Of a DNA stretch of 64,000 nt, positions 13,433 through 25,882 are shown one piece after another. The notes beneath the pieces were generated by a model, which saw only the letters and a list, made by a program, of their open reading frames with translations, was not told the DNA's origin and ran no database searches. Both the position numbers and the translations under genes were made by a program. Numbering within the stretch: position 1 is the stretch's first letter; every line of letters starts with the position of its first letter. Source of the DNA: Felis catus (taxonomy: Eukaryota); the NCBI RefSeq assembly GCF_018350175.1, contig NC_058368.1:108254001-108318000 (forward strand), given 5' to 3'.

Positions 13433-15485
13433 AGTCTAAAATTTTTAAAGAATTTAGTGCTTTGTTAATCTTCTGTTGGTCATGTTACATATTTCATTAA
13501 TTTCTGTTATTATTTTCTTGAATTTATTAGAATTTAATTTGCTGTTATTATTCTGGTTTCTTGAGAAGGATGTTTAATTCATTTTTAGCCTACCTTTCTT
13601 ACATATACATTTTAAGGCTACAAACTTCCCCTTTAAGTATGGCTTTAATCTCAACCAAAAGGTTTGATATTCATATTTCCATTTTAATTAAATTTTTTTT
13701 TCTACTTTCCACCAGGTTATTGGGGGAAACATTTCTTAACTTCTAATTTTTAGTTTGTGTTACTAGTTTAATTTTGTACAGAGAGCCTTTTCTACAGGAG
13801 TCCAACTTTTCGCAATTTTTTACTTACTTTATGGCTTACCAGAGAGCCATCTTTGATCAGTGCTCTGTGTTCACCTGGAAAGAACATAGGCTTTGCTGTT
13901 CCTGATTAAGTGTTCTATATAGTCCATTAGATTAAGTTTGTTAATTTGTGTTGTTCCTGCCCTCTGTATCCTAAATGCTTTTTTTGGGGTGGGGGGGGAG
14001 ATAGGGTGTGTGTGCTTGCTTGTTACTGTTATTTACTGACAGTTTTATTCAATTTTTCTATATGGACTTCCACTTCCAGTCAAGATGGAGTAAGTACCAC
14101 TTTACCCTCATGCCTCAAGTAACTAACACACTAGAGAAAACATGTAAAACAATGCCACTTAAGACACTGGACATCGGGCAGTGAAGAACAGTAATCCTCG
14201 AGAGCACCAAAACAAGAGCTGAGCCTTACCTCTGCCCCAGTTTACTACCTGAAGAAAACTTCCAGGCTGTAATGTAAGGGAGGAGAAACTGAGGCGGAGC
14301 TCATCAGTGTTCCAGAGCTGACGAGACAGGTGAGAGTCCGGGAAGATGCAAGTAGCTAGAGTTCAATCTTCCATAAGCTTCAAAAACAGACAAAGAGTAA
14401 CTTCCAGCTCTTTCCACGAGTCCAGTTTAACCTTAATACCAAAACCTAACAAGGGTATTATAAGACAGGGATGTTAGAGACCATCTCTCTCTCGAACATA
14501 GATGTAATCTTCTAAGTAAAATACTGCAAAATCAATCAAGAAATACAAGATATATCTATATATCTTGTTTATATATCTATAAAAAGATATCATAACCAAG
14601 TGGGGTTTGTTCTAGCAAAGCCGATGGTGGAGTGGGGGAGCAGGTGGGGAAGAGGGAGGGGTTACACTAGGAAATCTATGAACTAACCAACCACACTAAG
14701 AGATACAAGAAAAATAATTCGATCATCTCAACAGATTCAAGAAAAGTCATGCGCCAAAATTCAGTACACCACAAACCCACTTACCAAGTTATAAATAAAA
14801 GGAAACACCCTAAATTCACCCTAAAGAATACTTATTAAAACCCCAGAGCAGTCATTCCAATCAATAGCGAATCACAAAATTTACCCTTGAGATCAGGAAC
14901 AAAGAAAGGAATTCCACCCTGACCACTTCAACACTGTACCAGCACCATGACCAGTGCAATCAGGTGAGAAATGAAAGGCAAAATGACTGGAAATAAATAA
15001 AAGTCATTATGAGCACATGATAGGGAGTATCTAGAAAAATCCAAAAGAAACACAAACCTAGAATAAATGAATTAAGATTGCTAGATACAGGTCATTATAA
15101 AACTACTGTAGTTCAATATTCTAGCAAAAAAATTAAAAAAAAAGATCTTAAAAAAACATTTAACAAAAGAGAATATCCAAAAGGCCGATAAATATTTGAA
15201 AAGATGCTTAGCATTGTTAGTCATTGTGAAAATTAAAACCACAGTACAGTGGACAGTACACACTATCACAATGTCTGAAATGAGAAAAATGAGAAATATT
15301 AAGTTTGGCAAGGATGATAGGAATGTCCCTTGTGTAAACAGTTGCAAAAACAACAGACTGATCAGGTGGCTATAAAGAGTGCTTCTGGGGTGGCCAGTAC
15401 CCCTGGTCTTTGTTCATCAGGTGCTTCTGGAGGATGGCAGAGAGGTTGCAGATTCTGGGTCCCCAATATCAGACAAATAATGTAG

Positions 15486-15882
15486 TGTGTATTAGTTTCC
15501 TCGGGTTACAGTAACAAAGGACCAAAAATTGGGTGTCTTAAAACAAGGCCAGAAGTCCGAAGCAAGGTGTCCTCCAGAGGCATTAAGGAACAATCTCCTC
15601 TCTTCTAGTTCCTGGAAGCTGTTGGCATCCTTCCACTCCTGGCCACATCTGTTGTCTTCACACTGCCTTCTCCACTAGGTCTATTTTTATCTTCTTAGTT
15701 TGTCTCTCTCTTACAAAGACACTTGTGTTGGCCTATAGGACTCATCCAGATAATCCAAAGTAATCTCATCTCAGAATGCTTAATTATACCTACAAAGAGC
15801 CTGTTCTTAAATGCAGTAACATCTACAAGTTCTAGAAATTAGGGCTTGATATTTTTGGGTAGCCATTACTCAACCTATTACA
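15486..15882. mobile_element. MLT1B/C-like solo LTR
   Basis: tgtattagtttcct…ggccagaagtccgaagcaaggtgtc…ataatccaa…caacctattaca. Confidence 0.7.
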
Positions 15883-16277
15883 CCCCTGTTTAGTATTTTC
15901 TAAGTACAGGAATGAACTAGTGACACTGCACAAATGGTTAGGGGAAGGATCAGCCTGGGAAAACCTGGTGTGTGTGCTGGGAGGACGAAGAAGCCCTACC
16001 TTTCACAGAAATAGTATTCTTTGGGTACAGACTAAAGATTGGGAAAATTTTAGAAAGGAATGCTAAAACATAATTTCCTCCTTCTCTGCCAAGGTCCTAG
16101 GATCTGATCCCGTAAAAGAAGCTGCTGCATTTATTGCCACTAGAGGAGTGGGCAATAGGCATGCTGTGCTGGGCCAAGCCAGCTGCCAACTCAACATGCA
16201 TTCTTTCCTCCTTCATTGAAAGGAATCCCACTTGTATTTGGAACCATGGATTGCTCAACTAAAAAGTTCACGTCCCA

Positions 16278-16483
16278 GGGTGCCTGGCTGGCTCAGTCGG
16301 TTGAGTGTCCAACTCTTGATCTCGACTCAGGTCATGCTCTCACAGTGGCTGGTGGGATCGAATCCTGTGTCGGGCTCCAAGCTGACAGCACAGAGCCTGC
16401 TATTCTCTCTCTCCTTCTCTCCCCCATCTCCACCCCCCAGCCCCACCACCTCTCTCTCAAAAATAAATATACTTTAAAAAAAA
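16278..16483 (+). mobile_element. Can-SINE
   Basis: TSD aaaagttcacgtccca / aaaagttcacttccca. Confidence 0.88.
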
Positions 16484-16982
16484 AGTTCACTTCCCAAGTT
16501 TCCTTGCAGCCACCGATAATGTGACACATTTCTGCCTAGTGAGATAAAAGCAGAAATACCTAGTGGAGCTTCTGGAAAAGCTGCTATTTTGCTAATAAAA
16601 TTTGCACCTTTTCCCTTAAGCCCTTCCTACAAAACAGAGGTGATGTCAAGAGGTATCAATGTCCTGACAAGGGCCCCGAGTCCTTGACAGCAGTGTGCAG
16701 TCACTTGATTAGCCCTGGACAGTCTGCCCACAGACTTTCCTGTCATAAGAGAAAAACAAGCCCTAATGGGAGTAACAACCATTATTGCTTGATACGTAAT
16801 CAAACACACTTTGTAAGAACCAAACAACAGGTGGGCATTTTATAAGACACTACAAAGTCAACAATAATTGGATCATTCCAGTATCTGGAGATGTGACACC
16901 AATGCCGGTCCCAGACTGGCCCTCTTGAGTTATCTGTGTCCATTCATTTGTAATAACGTGCAGAGAAGGTTAATGTAGATTC

Positions 16983-16988
16983 TTTATT
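16983..16988 (-). terminator. Polyadenylation signal AATAAA of the long isoform
   Basis: Plus-strand tttatt; several UGUA elements and U-rich sequence upstream on the minus strand; composition changes downstream. Confidence 0.75.
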
Positions 16989-18809
16989 GATTCCACCAAT
17001 GTATTAGTAGATATGATAATAATAAACAGTACTTTTACATTCTCTTAACCAAAAATATAACAAATATTTACACTCAGTAAAAATACAAAAAGCATACAGA
17101 GGCACTGTCTTTCTAAAAGACATAAGTTTAAGAGGTATCAAAAAATAGGAGACAAACATTGCTCATTACAGGATACTTTACAATCACTGAATTGTGCAGT
17201 ATAATTGCATTCGATTACAACTGTGCAGTTTTGTTTTGTCTTTTTCTGATAAGCTCACATGTTTCTATTTCAAAAGGTCAAGTACAACTGCATTCTGTGT
17301 ATCAAAAATAAAGAAGCCTTAAAAAAGCACAACAAAAGCTGAAGATGAACTGGAGTTCAAGTTTAAATTTGAAAATGTACTGTGACACTTTTTTGAAGAT
17401 TTATCCCTTTTTTCTGGCCTTTAAGGTACTGCTAACGGGATACATCTACTTTAATATCACATTTTTTAGAAACTTAAAATGTATCAGAATAACAGTAATT
17501 GTTTTAAATATACAAAGAAACTCTTTCTCTCCTTCTTTTTATAGAGAAGAGAACACTTTATAAAAATTAGGTTTGTTCTTGGGAATCCTCATGATTACTG
17601 CCTCATTTCCCGGCCTGGGAGATTCTCAAGGAGGTTATACAGATGACGACAGTGTGACTTATCACCCTCATGAAAAAACAGTTAAGTCTTTTTCTCCCCA
17701 AAGATCAGATTCATAGTAATCATTTGGAGGAAATAAGAATCTACGACTTAAGATAAACTTTTATGGAAGTATATACTGGATTTATTCATTGTTCAAATCT
17801 TTCATTAAGAAGAAACTGTTTTGTTGAAACTTATTTGGTAGAAACTTTGCACTGAAGATTTACTACTTCATTAAGTCCCGACAGATTTAGAGTTGAGGTG
17901 GGATGAGGGCACTAGTCTCATTAAAATTTTAAAACAAAAACAAAAACAAATGGGGATTGAGAACTGGAGGAAATACAGGTTAAGGCTTCTCTTGTTCTAG
18001 TCATGTAACAAACTAAGAGAAGGCAGAAGTGTTCCCTAAAATTAAAATGTAAAAATCCAAACTCCATGAGTTCTTAGGAGATACACACATACCACATACA
18101 AAGCATTTGGCTTTAGTTCCTGATCACTGTGATTGGCTGACTCAAACACTCACAGCTGGAGCCAGACAGACAAAGTCAGCTACAAGGTGCAGTCCCAAAG
18201 CACAGCCTCTGACTCTCTGTGCAAGATATTATTGACACCATTAAGGACAAAGACAGGTAAGGCTCCCATATGATTTCAAACACCTGCAAATGAACAGATA
18301 TTTTACAAACAGCACATTTTTTTCTGGGGAAATGGATATAAAATAGAATAAATACTCAAACTTGACAAAAAAAATGACTAACAAAAGTATCTTTCATTTT
18401 CTTTGTTTGGCTCTGGACATGAAAACAATACTGCGTAAATCAGTGAAGGAACATTTTTTGTAATCAAAGGACCAGTATTTATAGGTTAAATCACTACAGT
18501 GTGACTTTTAAACCAGGATTTTTGATCCAGGCCATTTTCCATTTCAACAGACCAAGAAAGCTAGAGAGCCAATTAGCCTCATTCTGACATACCTGGTGGG
18601 GTGGGGTGGTGGGCAGGTTTTTAAGGCTTTAAGTTTCAGATTGACATTTTTTTGTTTTGTTTTTTTTTGTTTTTGGCCCAAAGGAAGTTTTCAGATAGGC
18701 TATTTTTCCTAAAATGGAGAGACAATCATTTTGGCAGAAAAGATAGACCACTGCCACTTACCACTTGGAAATGATTCATGATTTTAAAACGAAGGGGACT
18801 GGGGTGGGA

Positions 18810-18924
18810 GAGGTGCCTAACTGGCTCAGTCAGTAGAGCATGTGACTCTTAACCTCAGGGTCAACAGTTCAAATTCCACATAAGGCATGAAGCCTATACT
18901 TAACAACAACAACAACAACAAAAA
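18810..18924 (+). mobile_element. Short old Can-SINE inside the RAPGEF6 3'UTR (antisense to the mRNA)
   Basis: ggtgcctaactggctcagtcagtagagcatgtgactcttaacctcagggtc… with (AAC)n tail. Confidence 0.8.
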
Positions 18925-20544
18925 CCAAGGGTTGGGGTGGGGGGGGGGTGCAGGGAAGGAGAGAGAGAAGAGACAGCTAGGAAAAAAAGAGGAAACACAG
19001 TCTTGAAAAGGAAATCACAAACCAGCTAAATCCTATAAATTCACATATAGACAACTAGTACTCAGAAGTAAACCCATTTTGGCTCCAAGTTGATCTGGGT
19101 AGTGCACATGAATGGCTTTGGCTTTTTTTTTTTTTTTTTTCTTTTTTTGGTAGTCATAGAAGTTAATTAAGCTCTCACCTGCATTTACATTTTTAAAACA
19201 TGATTAAATCTAAACTTAAGATATAGAAAACACCGTATTTAATTTGTAAAAATGTGTAAGGTCTAGGTCGCCCAGTAAACAGTCACGGAAATTTTAACTA
19301 AACAGTTAAGGAGCGCCATGCCCAACAGACTGTTAAAAGATAGATCTCTTTCCTCTCAAGGGCTTAAAATGAGAGCCAAGAGAGAATCATTCCCATAATT
19401 CTAGCTCCTCTGTCCCCCCCTAAAATTTTCAACCAATTAATACCTTGGTACACTAATGAGCTGTGTTGCAGGCAGCTGGGGGCCGCAAGGTTTATGAACA
19501 CAGCCTCATGCTGTGAGATTGAGTGGAGGGGATGTTGCAGAACATTACATAAAGCTTAATTCATCTCCATGATTACACACCAATGATTGCACTTCCTTCT
19601 TAAAAAAAGAACTCCATTATTTGAGCATTTAAAAATTTTTGTTTTGGGTTTCTGCCGAACTCTCTAGAACCCATTCCCTACTTACTGGATTTATACTTTT
19701 AGGCAGATGCAGCACGACATTCACTTCAAAAAGGGTTGGTATACATGTTTAAGGAAAACTTCATTCTTTAGAGATGAGGGTGGCTACCGACCTAATTATA
19801 GCCTCCCTTTCCCAAAGGACTGATAAGAAACCCTGTGGCAGCTTCATTTGGCCTTCCAAATCAGCAGATGGCAGTATCTTCCCTCCTAACACCTCAACCA
19901 AATACGGCTTCCTTCCCCACTCAAACGGAGACCCTACCTTGCACTGGTGCAACAGATCAAGTTCATCTCTGTATACATTAAGCATATCATCCTGTAAAGA
20001 TGACTTCAGTTTGTTCAGACCAGAGACAGTTTTACGGCCTAAAACATAAACATCCACTAATGGTAGCTCCCCAATACAAAGAAAACCACAAAACTTGAAA
20101 TAATAAGTTACTTTTCAAATACACAAGAGTATCCTTGGTATTGGCAGACATTTTCAATTTGTCCATTAACCCAAGCTATGGCTTGGAAATACTACCACTA
20201 CTCTCTTAAAAATAACTTCTTCAAGAAAAATCTGATATACACAGGGAGGACTCTGAGTTTGAATCTGTTCTAGTAACTGTGGTCCCAAGGCAGGTCTGGT
20301 GTGTGAAGTGAAGACTGGTTTCCAGGCACAATATCCATAGCTGAAGAAACTATGCATCTACAAGGATTAAATAAAAGGAAGCATAACTCAGGGCTATTTC
20401 ATTGCTCAGGGTACGGGGAATGAAACCTCTGGATTAGCAGCAGCAGCAAGCTTTTTGTTGGCAATGGCCTGCAGAATCATGACGTGGTTCTACCCACTCC
20501 TTCCCCGACGACTTTCAGTAAACTTCAAACGGGTGCTCCAAAGT

Positions 20545-20570
20545 CTAGACTGCTGAGACCTGTTCATTTT
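20545..20570 (-). CDS. RAPGEF6: RAPGEF6 last coding segment, (E)NEQVSAV*, C-terminal class I PDZ-binding motif
   Basis: Acceptor ctgtttgcag|AA AAT GAA CAG GTC TCA GCA GTC TAG. Confidence 0.95.
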
Positions 20571-21259
20571 CTGCAAACAGTAAAAACAGAGGAAAGTGGT
20601 AGATGAGGCATATTAATGAAAATCAACTTACAATGTAGTTACCTGTTTAGACAATTTCAACGAGAAATCCTCTCAAATATCCCATCAGGGCCCTGATTTT
20701 ATTATAATGACATTTATGAGTGTTGATCACACTTGAAGGTTGAAAAACTACAATTTCCTAACTGCTTTCTCATCACTTCATTACTCTACTGTTTAAAAGG
20801 ATACAATTTTACTTATTTTTAATAAAGCGAACCATTTTTCAAATATCACCCCAGCTGCAGTCAGTCAAGAGTTTTGCTCATAAGAGAAACGGCATGAATT
20901 CAGGGAACTCAGCACTTTGATATTTGCACTTTGAAGTTTTCATGCTTTTATGGGAGACACAACTCCACTAATGTCAAGTGCCTCCTCTTGAAATTATCCT
21001 CTGAGATTGAGCTGCTATTTGTCAAATATGAGAATACCCTATTTGAGCCAGAAGAAAGGTACAGGGCGCAAAGAAACAAGCAGCGTGATCTCTCCATTAA
21101 AAAAAAATACACCCCTGTATTTAGGAATTTCTTTTTTTACCAGAGATTTGTAAGGCATTTTACATGTAACCTTAATGATTATGTAAAATAACATAGTAAC
21201 GACCAATTAATGTATTCAGCAATTCATTTAAGACCCATTAAGGTAGTTTGTCAACATAC

Positions 21260-21574
21260 CATCTGTTTCGCTATCTGCGTCAGTCACATCTGCTAGTTTA
21301 GGATGGGATGGTTGCAAAATATGCCTCTGAGGCTGAGTTACAATCTTCGATGGAACACAGGCCACGGGGCTGCTACCGAGAGAAGCTGGTGGAAGTCTAG
21401 AGAGGCTGTTATGCATCATCTTTGACCTCTGCACTGCCACACTATAATCTGGAGGTCTTAGGTGTAGGTGGGGTCCTTCCTTTAGGTCCGCTAAAGAAAT
21501 GCCCATGTATCCTGGAGGAGTGGGAGGTGGCTCCCTATACCTATCCTCCTTCTTGGGTGAGGTGACACAGTACA
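21260..21574 (-). CDS. RAPGEF6: RAPGEF6 penultimate coding exon with two PPxY motifs (315 nt)
   Basis: Acceptor tgccag|TG, donor GATG|gtatgt; encodes YCVTSPKKEDRYREPPPTPPGY…RPPDYSVAVQRS…DADSETD; phase 1-1. Confidence 0.94.
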
Positions 21575-22245
21575 CTGGCATGAAAAATAAGCAATGGAAA
21601 TGTTAATGAAAAATGTAAGAAATGAAAAAAACCATACTGAAACTTATTACACTGACAAAACAGAAACCAAAACCAAACTAAATAAATATATTTGAATACA
21701 ATGACAGATTATAAAAACATACTATTTTAAACCTTAGTATTAAACCTGTTTTTTCAAACACATAAATCACATGAGGTCTTATAAACATAAATAAACAGAG
21801 TGACAGAGAACTGAAAACAATGATGCCATGACAGGCCCCCCTCTGCAGGGGGGCCCTTGCACCACAGAGATGTCTGCCTGGCTCCTCGACGACTCCAGGT
21901 CTGAGGACGATGGAGTCAGAAGCATTGAAGAGTTTACCCTGAACATCTATGCTCTGCTGACTGAGAGGATTTTCACAGGAAGGACGTCTGGGCCCTCTAT
22001 TTCAGGTCTCTTCTACCCTGTCCCTGAGACACAAACCACTGTTTCATGGCCTCCCAGGTGGACTATCAGTCCTGGCATATGAACAACATTAACGTTCTGG
22101 GAAATAGAGCTCCTAATTCCTTCAAGAACCTTTCTTCCAACTTCTGATCTGTGACTAAGTGAAAAAGAAAAAAAACAGCTATCATTTTAGGCAATTCATC
22201 TTAAGTTTCCGTGGTTTTTAGTGGACATTAAAAATAACTGTGATT

Positions 22246-22482
22246 GGGGTGCCTGGGTGGCTCAGTCAGTTAAGTGTCCAACTTCGGCTCAGGTCATGAT
22301 CTCATGGTTGATGAGTTCACAAGCCCCTGCATGGGGCTCTGTGCTGACAGTTCAGAGCCTGGAGCCTGCTTGAGATTCTGTGTCTCCCTCTCTGTCTCTC
22401 TCTCTCTCCGCCCCTCCCCCAGTCATGCTCTGCCTCTCTCCATCTCTCAAAAATGAATAATTGTTAAAACATTTTTGAAAAA
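22246..22482 (+). mobile_element. SINEC_Fc (intronic)
   Basis: TSD aaaaataactgtga on both sides. Confidence 0.9.
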
Positions 22483-23853
22483 ATAACTGTGACTTTAGAA
22501 AAATTGTGACCTAAAATCCTTTTCCCTAAGTTTGCAAATGTTGGGAGTAAGGCAAAATTTCAAAAAGCATCAGAAATGGGTTAAAGAAAAAAGGAAGTTC
22601 CATGAAATTAAGAGCGATTCGCAGGATCTAAGGGACAGGTGGATCTGAATATCCTGATGATGTAAGTAACTTTTAAACACAAGCATTACCTATATATAAG
22701 CAGAATAAATTAAAAAGGACCATTAATAATTCTAATATTAACTCTCCTTTTAGAGGATCAAGTTCTCCCATACTGAAATTTCTACAAATGTACCAGCAAA
22801 ATCTGCATATAGTATCAAGGTCCTAAAGGATTTCCATTCCTAGCTGAGAGGATGTGGCAGGGACAGGGCAGAGCACAAGTTGTCAAGACCATTAAGACAA
22901 GAATGAAGAATTTAAGGAATTTGCCCAGAGTCATCTGGAAATGAAATAAAAGATTCTTAAAAATCTAGTTGCCTAAAAGGACAAGAGATTAATTGTATAT
23001 CCTTGCACACGCATGCTTATATATCCATATAGTGGTTACCTAGAAAGATTTAACAAAAAATCCTTGGAAAAAAATGAATGAGCTAAAAATCCCAATCCAT
23101 AATGCAATTTGACAGGTAAAAAAAAATGTACTACAAATGTGCTATAAAAATCAGCACATCTTTCACATTCTTAGAAATTTAAACTGACTTCAGGAATATG
23201 TTACAGAGTTGATTCATAATATAGTCATTCCATATAAATAGAAAAGCAGGGGCTACTATATCCTAATATTTACATAATTCAAGGAATAAATGAAAAAAAT
23301 ATATTTGAGGGCAAAATACTATAAGGATACATACACCAAGAGAGCTGCGTGTGGTCAGAATGGAGCCCACAACAGGAGTTGGGGCACCCACGCTGTGTGC
23401 TAGAAGGGTATGGTGAAAATTTGGACTTTTTAAACACAATTACCCTCACTTCTGCTATCTAAAAATAGTACCAAAGTTTCTACCATTTGTAGAAAACATT
23501 TGTGGCCCAAACTATGAGGTGGAGAGAGAACAATCCCTTCATTACTACTGCATAACAATAAAATCTTTCCTTAATGAAACCAAAGAGACCTGAAAAACAA
23601 AACAAAACTGTCACCTTAATTAAGCACCTTCATAACAGTCTTTTCATTTTAATAGGCTTGAGCACATGCCCCCAAACCCTTAAGAAAGCATGAACTTTCT
23701 GAAAATAACTTGTTTGTAGAGGGCAGGAAGAGAGGTCGGAGAGAGAGATGGAATATTTGCCAAGTGTAAAATTCTGGGCCAACATATCCCAATGCGATTT
23801 TTTGCCACTTAATCTCTCAATGCCACAGATATGACAAAGAACACACAACTTAC

Positions 23854-24356
23854 CAATCAAGCCCTTTTCTGTACTTGAAGTAACAGTTTTATAAACTGGG
23901 TCAGTGCCATCCTTGGGGTCCAAGCCTTCAGAGGACTCAAGTGGGGTGCTCTCCAACACTCTCCTTTTAACTGTCCCATAGTTTGGTTCATATGTGTCAG
24001 ACAGAGAACTGGAGGAGGCCCAACTCTGTCTCATCTGATTAGTCTCTAGGCTTCCTTTACATTGACCACAAGTTCGGGAGCAGCCTTTAGGACAGGAATA
24101 GGGCTCACAGTCAGGGGGTTCAACTTCAACAATGGGGCCATCCAAATGGGTCTGTCGGTAAGAGTTCAAAAAATCCCAGCCTTTTGGGTTTGGAAGGCTT
24201 TGGAAGTTGTCATGGGAGCTGCTTGAACAGGAAGTCCAGCTTCCACGACCACTATCGGCTGCTTCTAAAATGATATGTTCATGAGAAATCTCTTCATTAC
24301 TCATAGAAGATGACACAGCTAAACTCTTGACTAGAGATGGCTTTGACAGTGTCCAC
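23854..24356 (-). CDS. RAPGEF6: RAPGEF6 coding exon containing the DSGRGS motif (503 nt)
   Basis: Long T tract then aaag|G acceptor, donor ATTG|gtaagt; encodes WTLSKPSLVKSLAVSSS…AADSGRGSWTSCSSSSHDNFQ…YKTVTSSTEKGLI. Confidence 0.94.
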
Positions 24357-24870
24357 CTTTAAAAAAAAAAAAAAAAAGTGAAGGATACACAATTAAAAGT
24401 GATTTACTGGCTTCCTGGAAAAACCTCCTGTCCAATCCAAGTACTACTGCCTACAAGAGACTACAGAACATGGATCATCAATGTTCAATACCAAAATAAT
24501 CTTTTGAAAGAAAAAAAGACACTGTAATTAATCATCACTTAATCTCTATTCCCATTAATGTTAGTATTTAGCTAGAAACATACATGGAAGAAACTCAAAT
24601 ACTTAGCAAGGTTACCTAAGAATTTTTCTTGAATTGATTTTAAGTGAAAATGAAAAATGAGGTTTGAAACGAATACAATTAAGTATACATTTTCATTCTT
24701 GGTCAATATAATGCTACATTCTCTACATGGATACAGAATAAAGAATTCTCAACTATAGGAACCATGTTTGGTTTTCCAATTTAATTCTGAGATCAGCCTA
24801 CTACAATGCCAAGTAAAGAGTAACTTCCCCGACTAACTAACAACTATTAAATGAATTCTAGTATTTATAG

Positions 24871-25002
24871 CAGGGGTGGCCCAAATAAAGGCTCCAGGGT
24901 CAAATCTGGCCAACAGATGTTTCTGTATGGTCTGGAGCAAAATGATAGCCTGCTGACATTATTTACTATTTTGACTTTTATAGAAAGGTCGGCTGAACCC
25001 TG
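24871..25002. mobile_element. hAT-Charlie MITE (MER58-like)
   Basis: caggggtggccc…gggtcaaatctggcc…ggctgaaccctg termini, flanked by a gtctagag-type target. Confidence 0.6.
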
Positions 25003-25653
25003 GTCTAGAGAATCATACTTTAAAAACTTTTATAAATATGCTAATACTTTACTATATCTTCAGTTTTTCATATTAAGGAATACCAAATTTAACATTATTT
25101 ATCGGCTTAGAATCAACTTTCTCAATGTTTTCTCAAAGATTTCCATTTTATGTGATTGTAAATTTAAATTTACAGTTAACTTAAAAAAAAAAAAAAAGCT
25201 TTGGAGTTCCACAAGCTGGTTTAATTCTTACTCTCCAAATCATACTTTCAGATCAAGGACTGGCCCTACTCCCTCAACATGTCTATACTGTGTACAGTAC
25301 TGAGTATACTTCCCATTATACAATCTTTTTGAGCATTCTCTAACTTAACAGCCACAGTGCAACAACCACCTCCCCTGTTGTCAACAGCAGCTTCTGTGAG
25401 TTCTTATTAAATAAAAATATACTTGACAGAAAGTTACTTGAATTCACTAACACTTCAAAAATGAGCACCCATACATAAAATAGTACTCATTTGCAAATGA
25501 AATACAGACAATCCATGCTTGGCCCTCATTTTAGGGATCCCCCTGCAACCACCCCAGGGGATAGGGGGTATCTAAGGCCAAGTTGGGGAGCACTGCTTGC
25601 AGTGGCCACTCAGCTTGGGTTTTGTGATATGAACACAGGCAAGTATGTTTTAC

Positions 25654-25882
25654 CCAGGGCCCAGCTGACTATGGTCTCCTATCCCTGAGGAGTGTTCTGT
25701 TTTTTCCAATGGTCCAGTGGATTCAGGGACCGCCATAGCATGTGAAGAACACCGTTCATCCTGTAGAGCTGTAGACATGGAGTCAACAGAACAATTGCTC
25801 ACGATGCTGGATCGTGAAGAAATTTCGCTATGGCTGGAGTCAGACAAGTTGTCAGATTTAGTTGATGGCATAAGTGTACAAC
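25654..25882 (-). CDS. RAPGEF6: RAPGEF6 coding exon, Ser-rich region (229 nt)
   Basis: Acceptor tcatttag|GT, donor CCTGG|gtaaaa; encodes CTLMPSTKSDNLSDSSHSEISSRSSIVSNCSVDSM…SQLGP. Confidence 0.93.

Larger units (their letters stand above)
12400..15345. mobile_element. Highly degenerate L1 fragments (minus ~12400-14060, plus ~14060-15345)
   Basis: T-rich L1-antisense strings, then acttccagtcaagatgg, taccaaaacctaacaagg, ttacccttgagatcaggaacaaag. Confidence 0.6.
16960..20544 (-). other. RAPGEF6: RAPGEF6 3'UTR (~3.6 kb)
   Basis: Largely repeat-free U-rich sequence from the stop codon to an AATAAA; the 3' end is estimated at about 20 nt past the hexamer. Confidence 0.75.

Noticed and set aside
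19761..20057. Antiparallel 98-aa and 91-aa ORFs in the 3'UTR
   Set aside because: No recognisable homology; lengths are within chance expectation.
23630..23853. ORF continues about 75 codons past the exon donor (GKLCVLCHICG…)
   Set aside because: A strong gtaagt donor sits at 23853 and the extension is not recognisable; best explained as chance intronic read-through.
24851..25303. 150-aa plus-strand ORF
   Set aside because: Spans a MITE and AT-rich intron, antisense to RAPGEF6; composition is non-coding-like.
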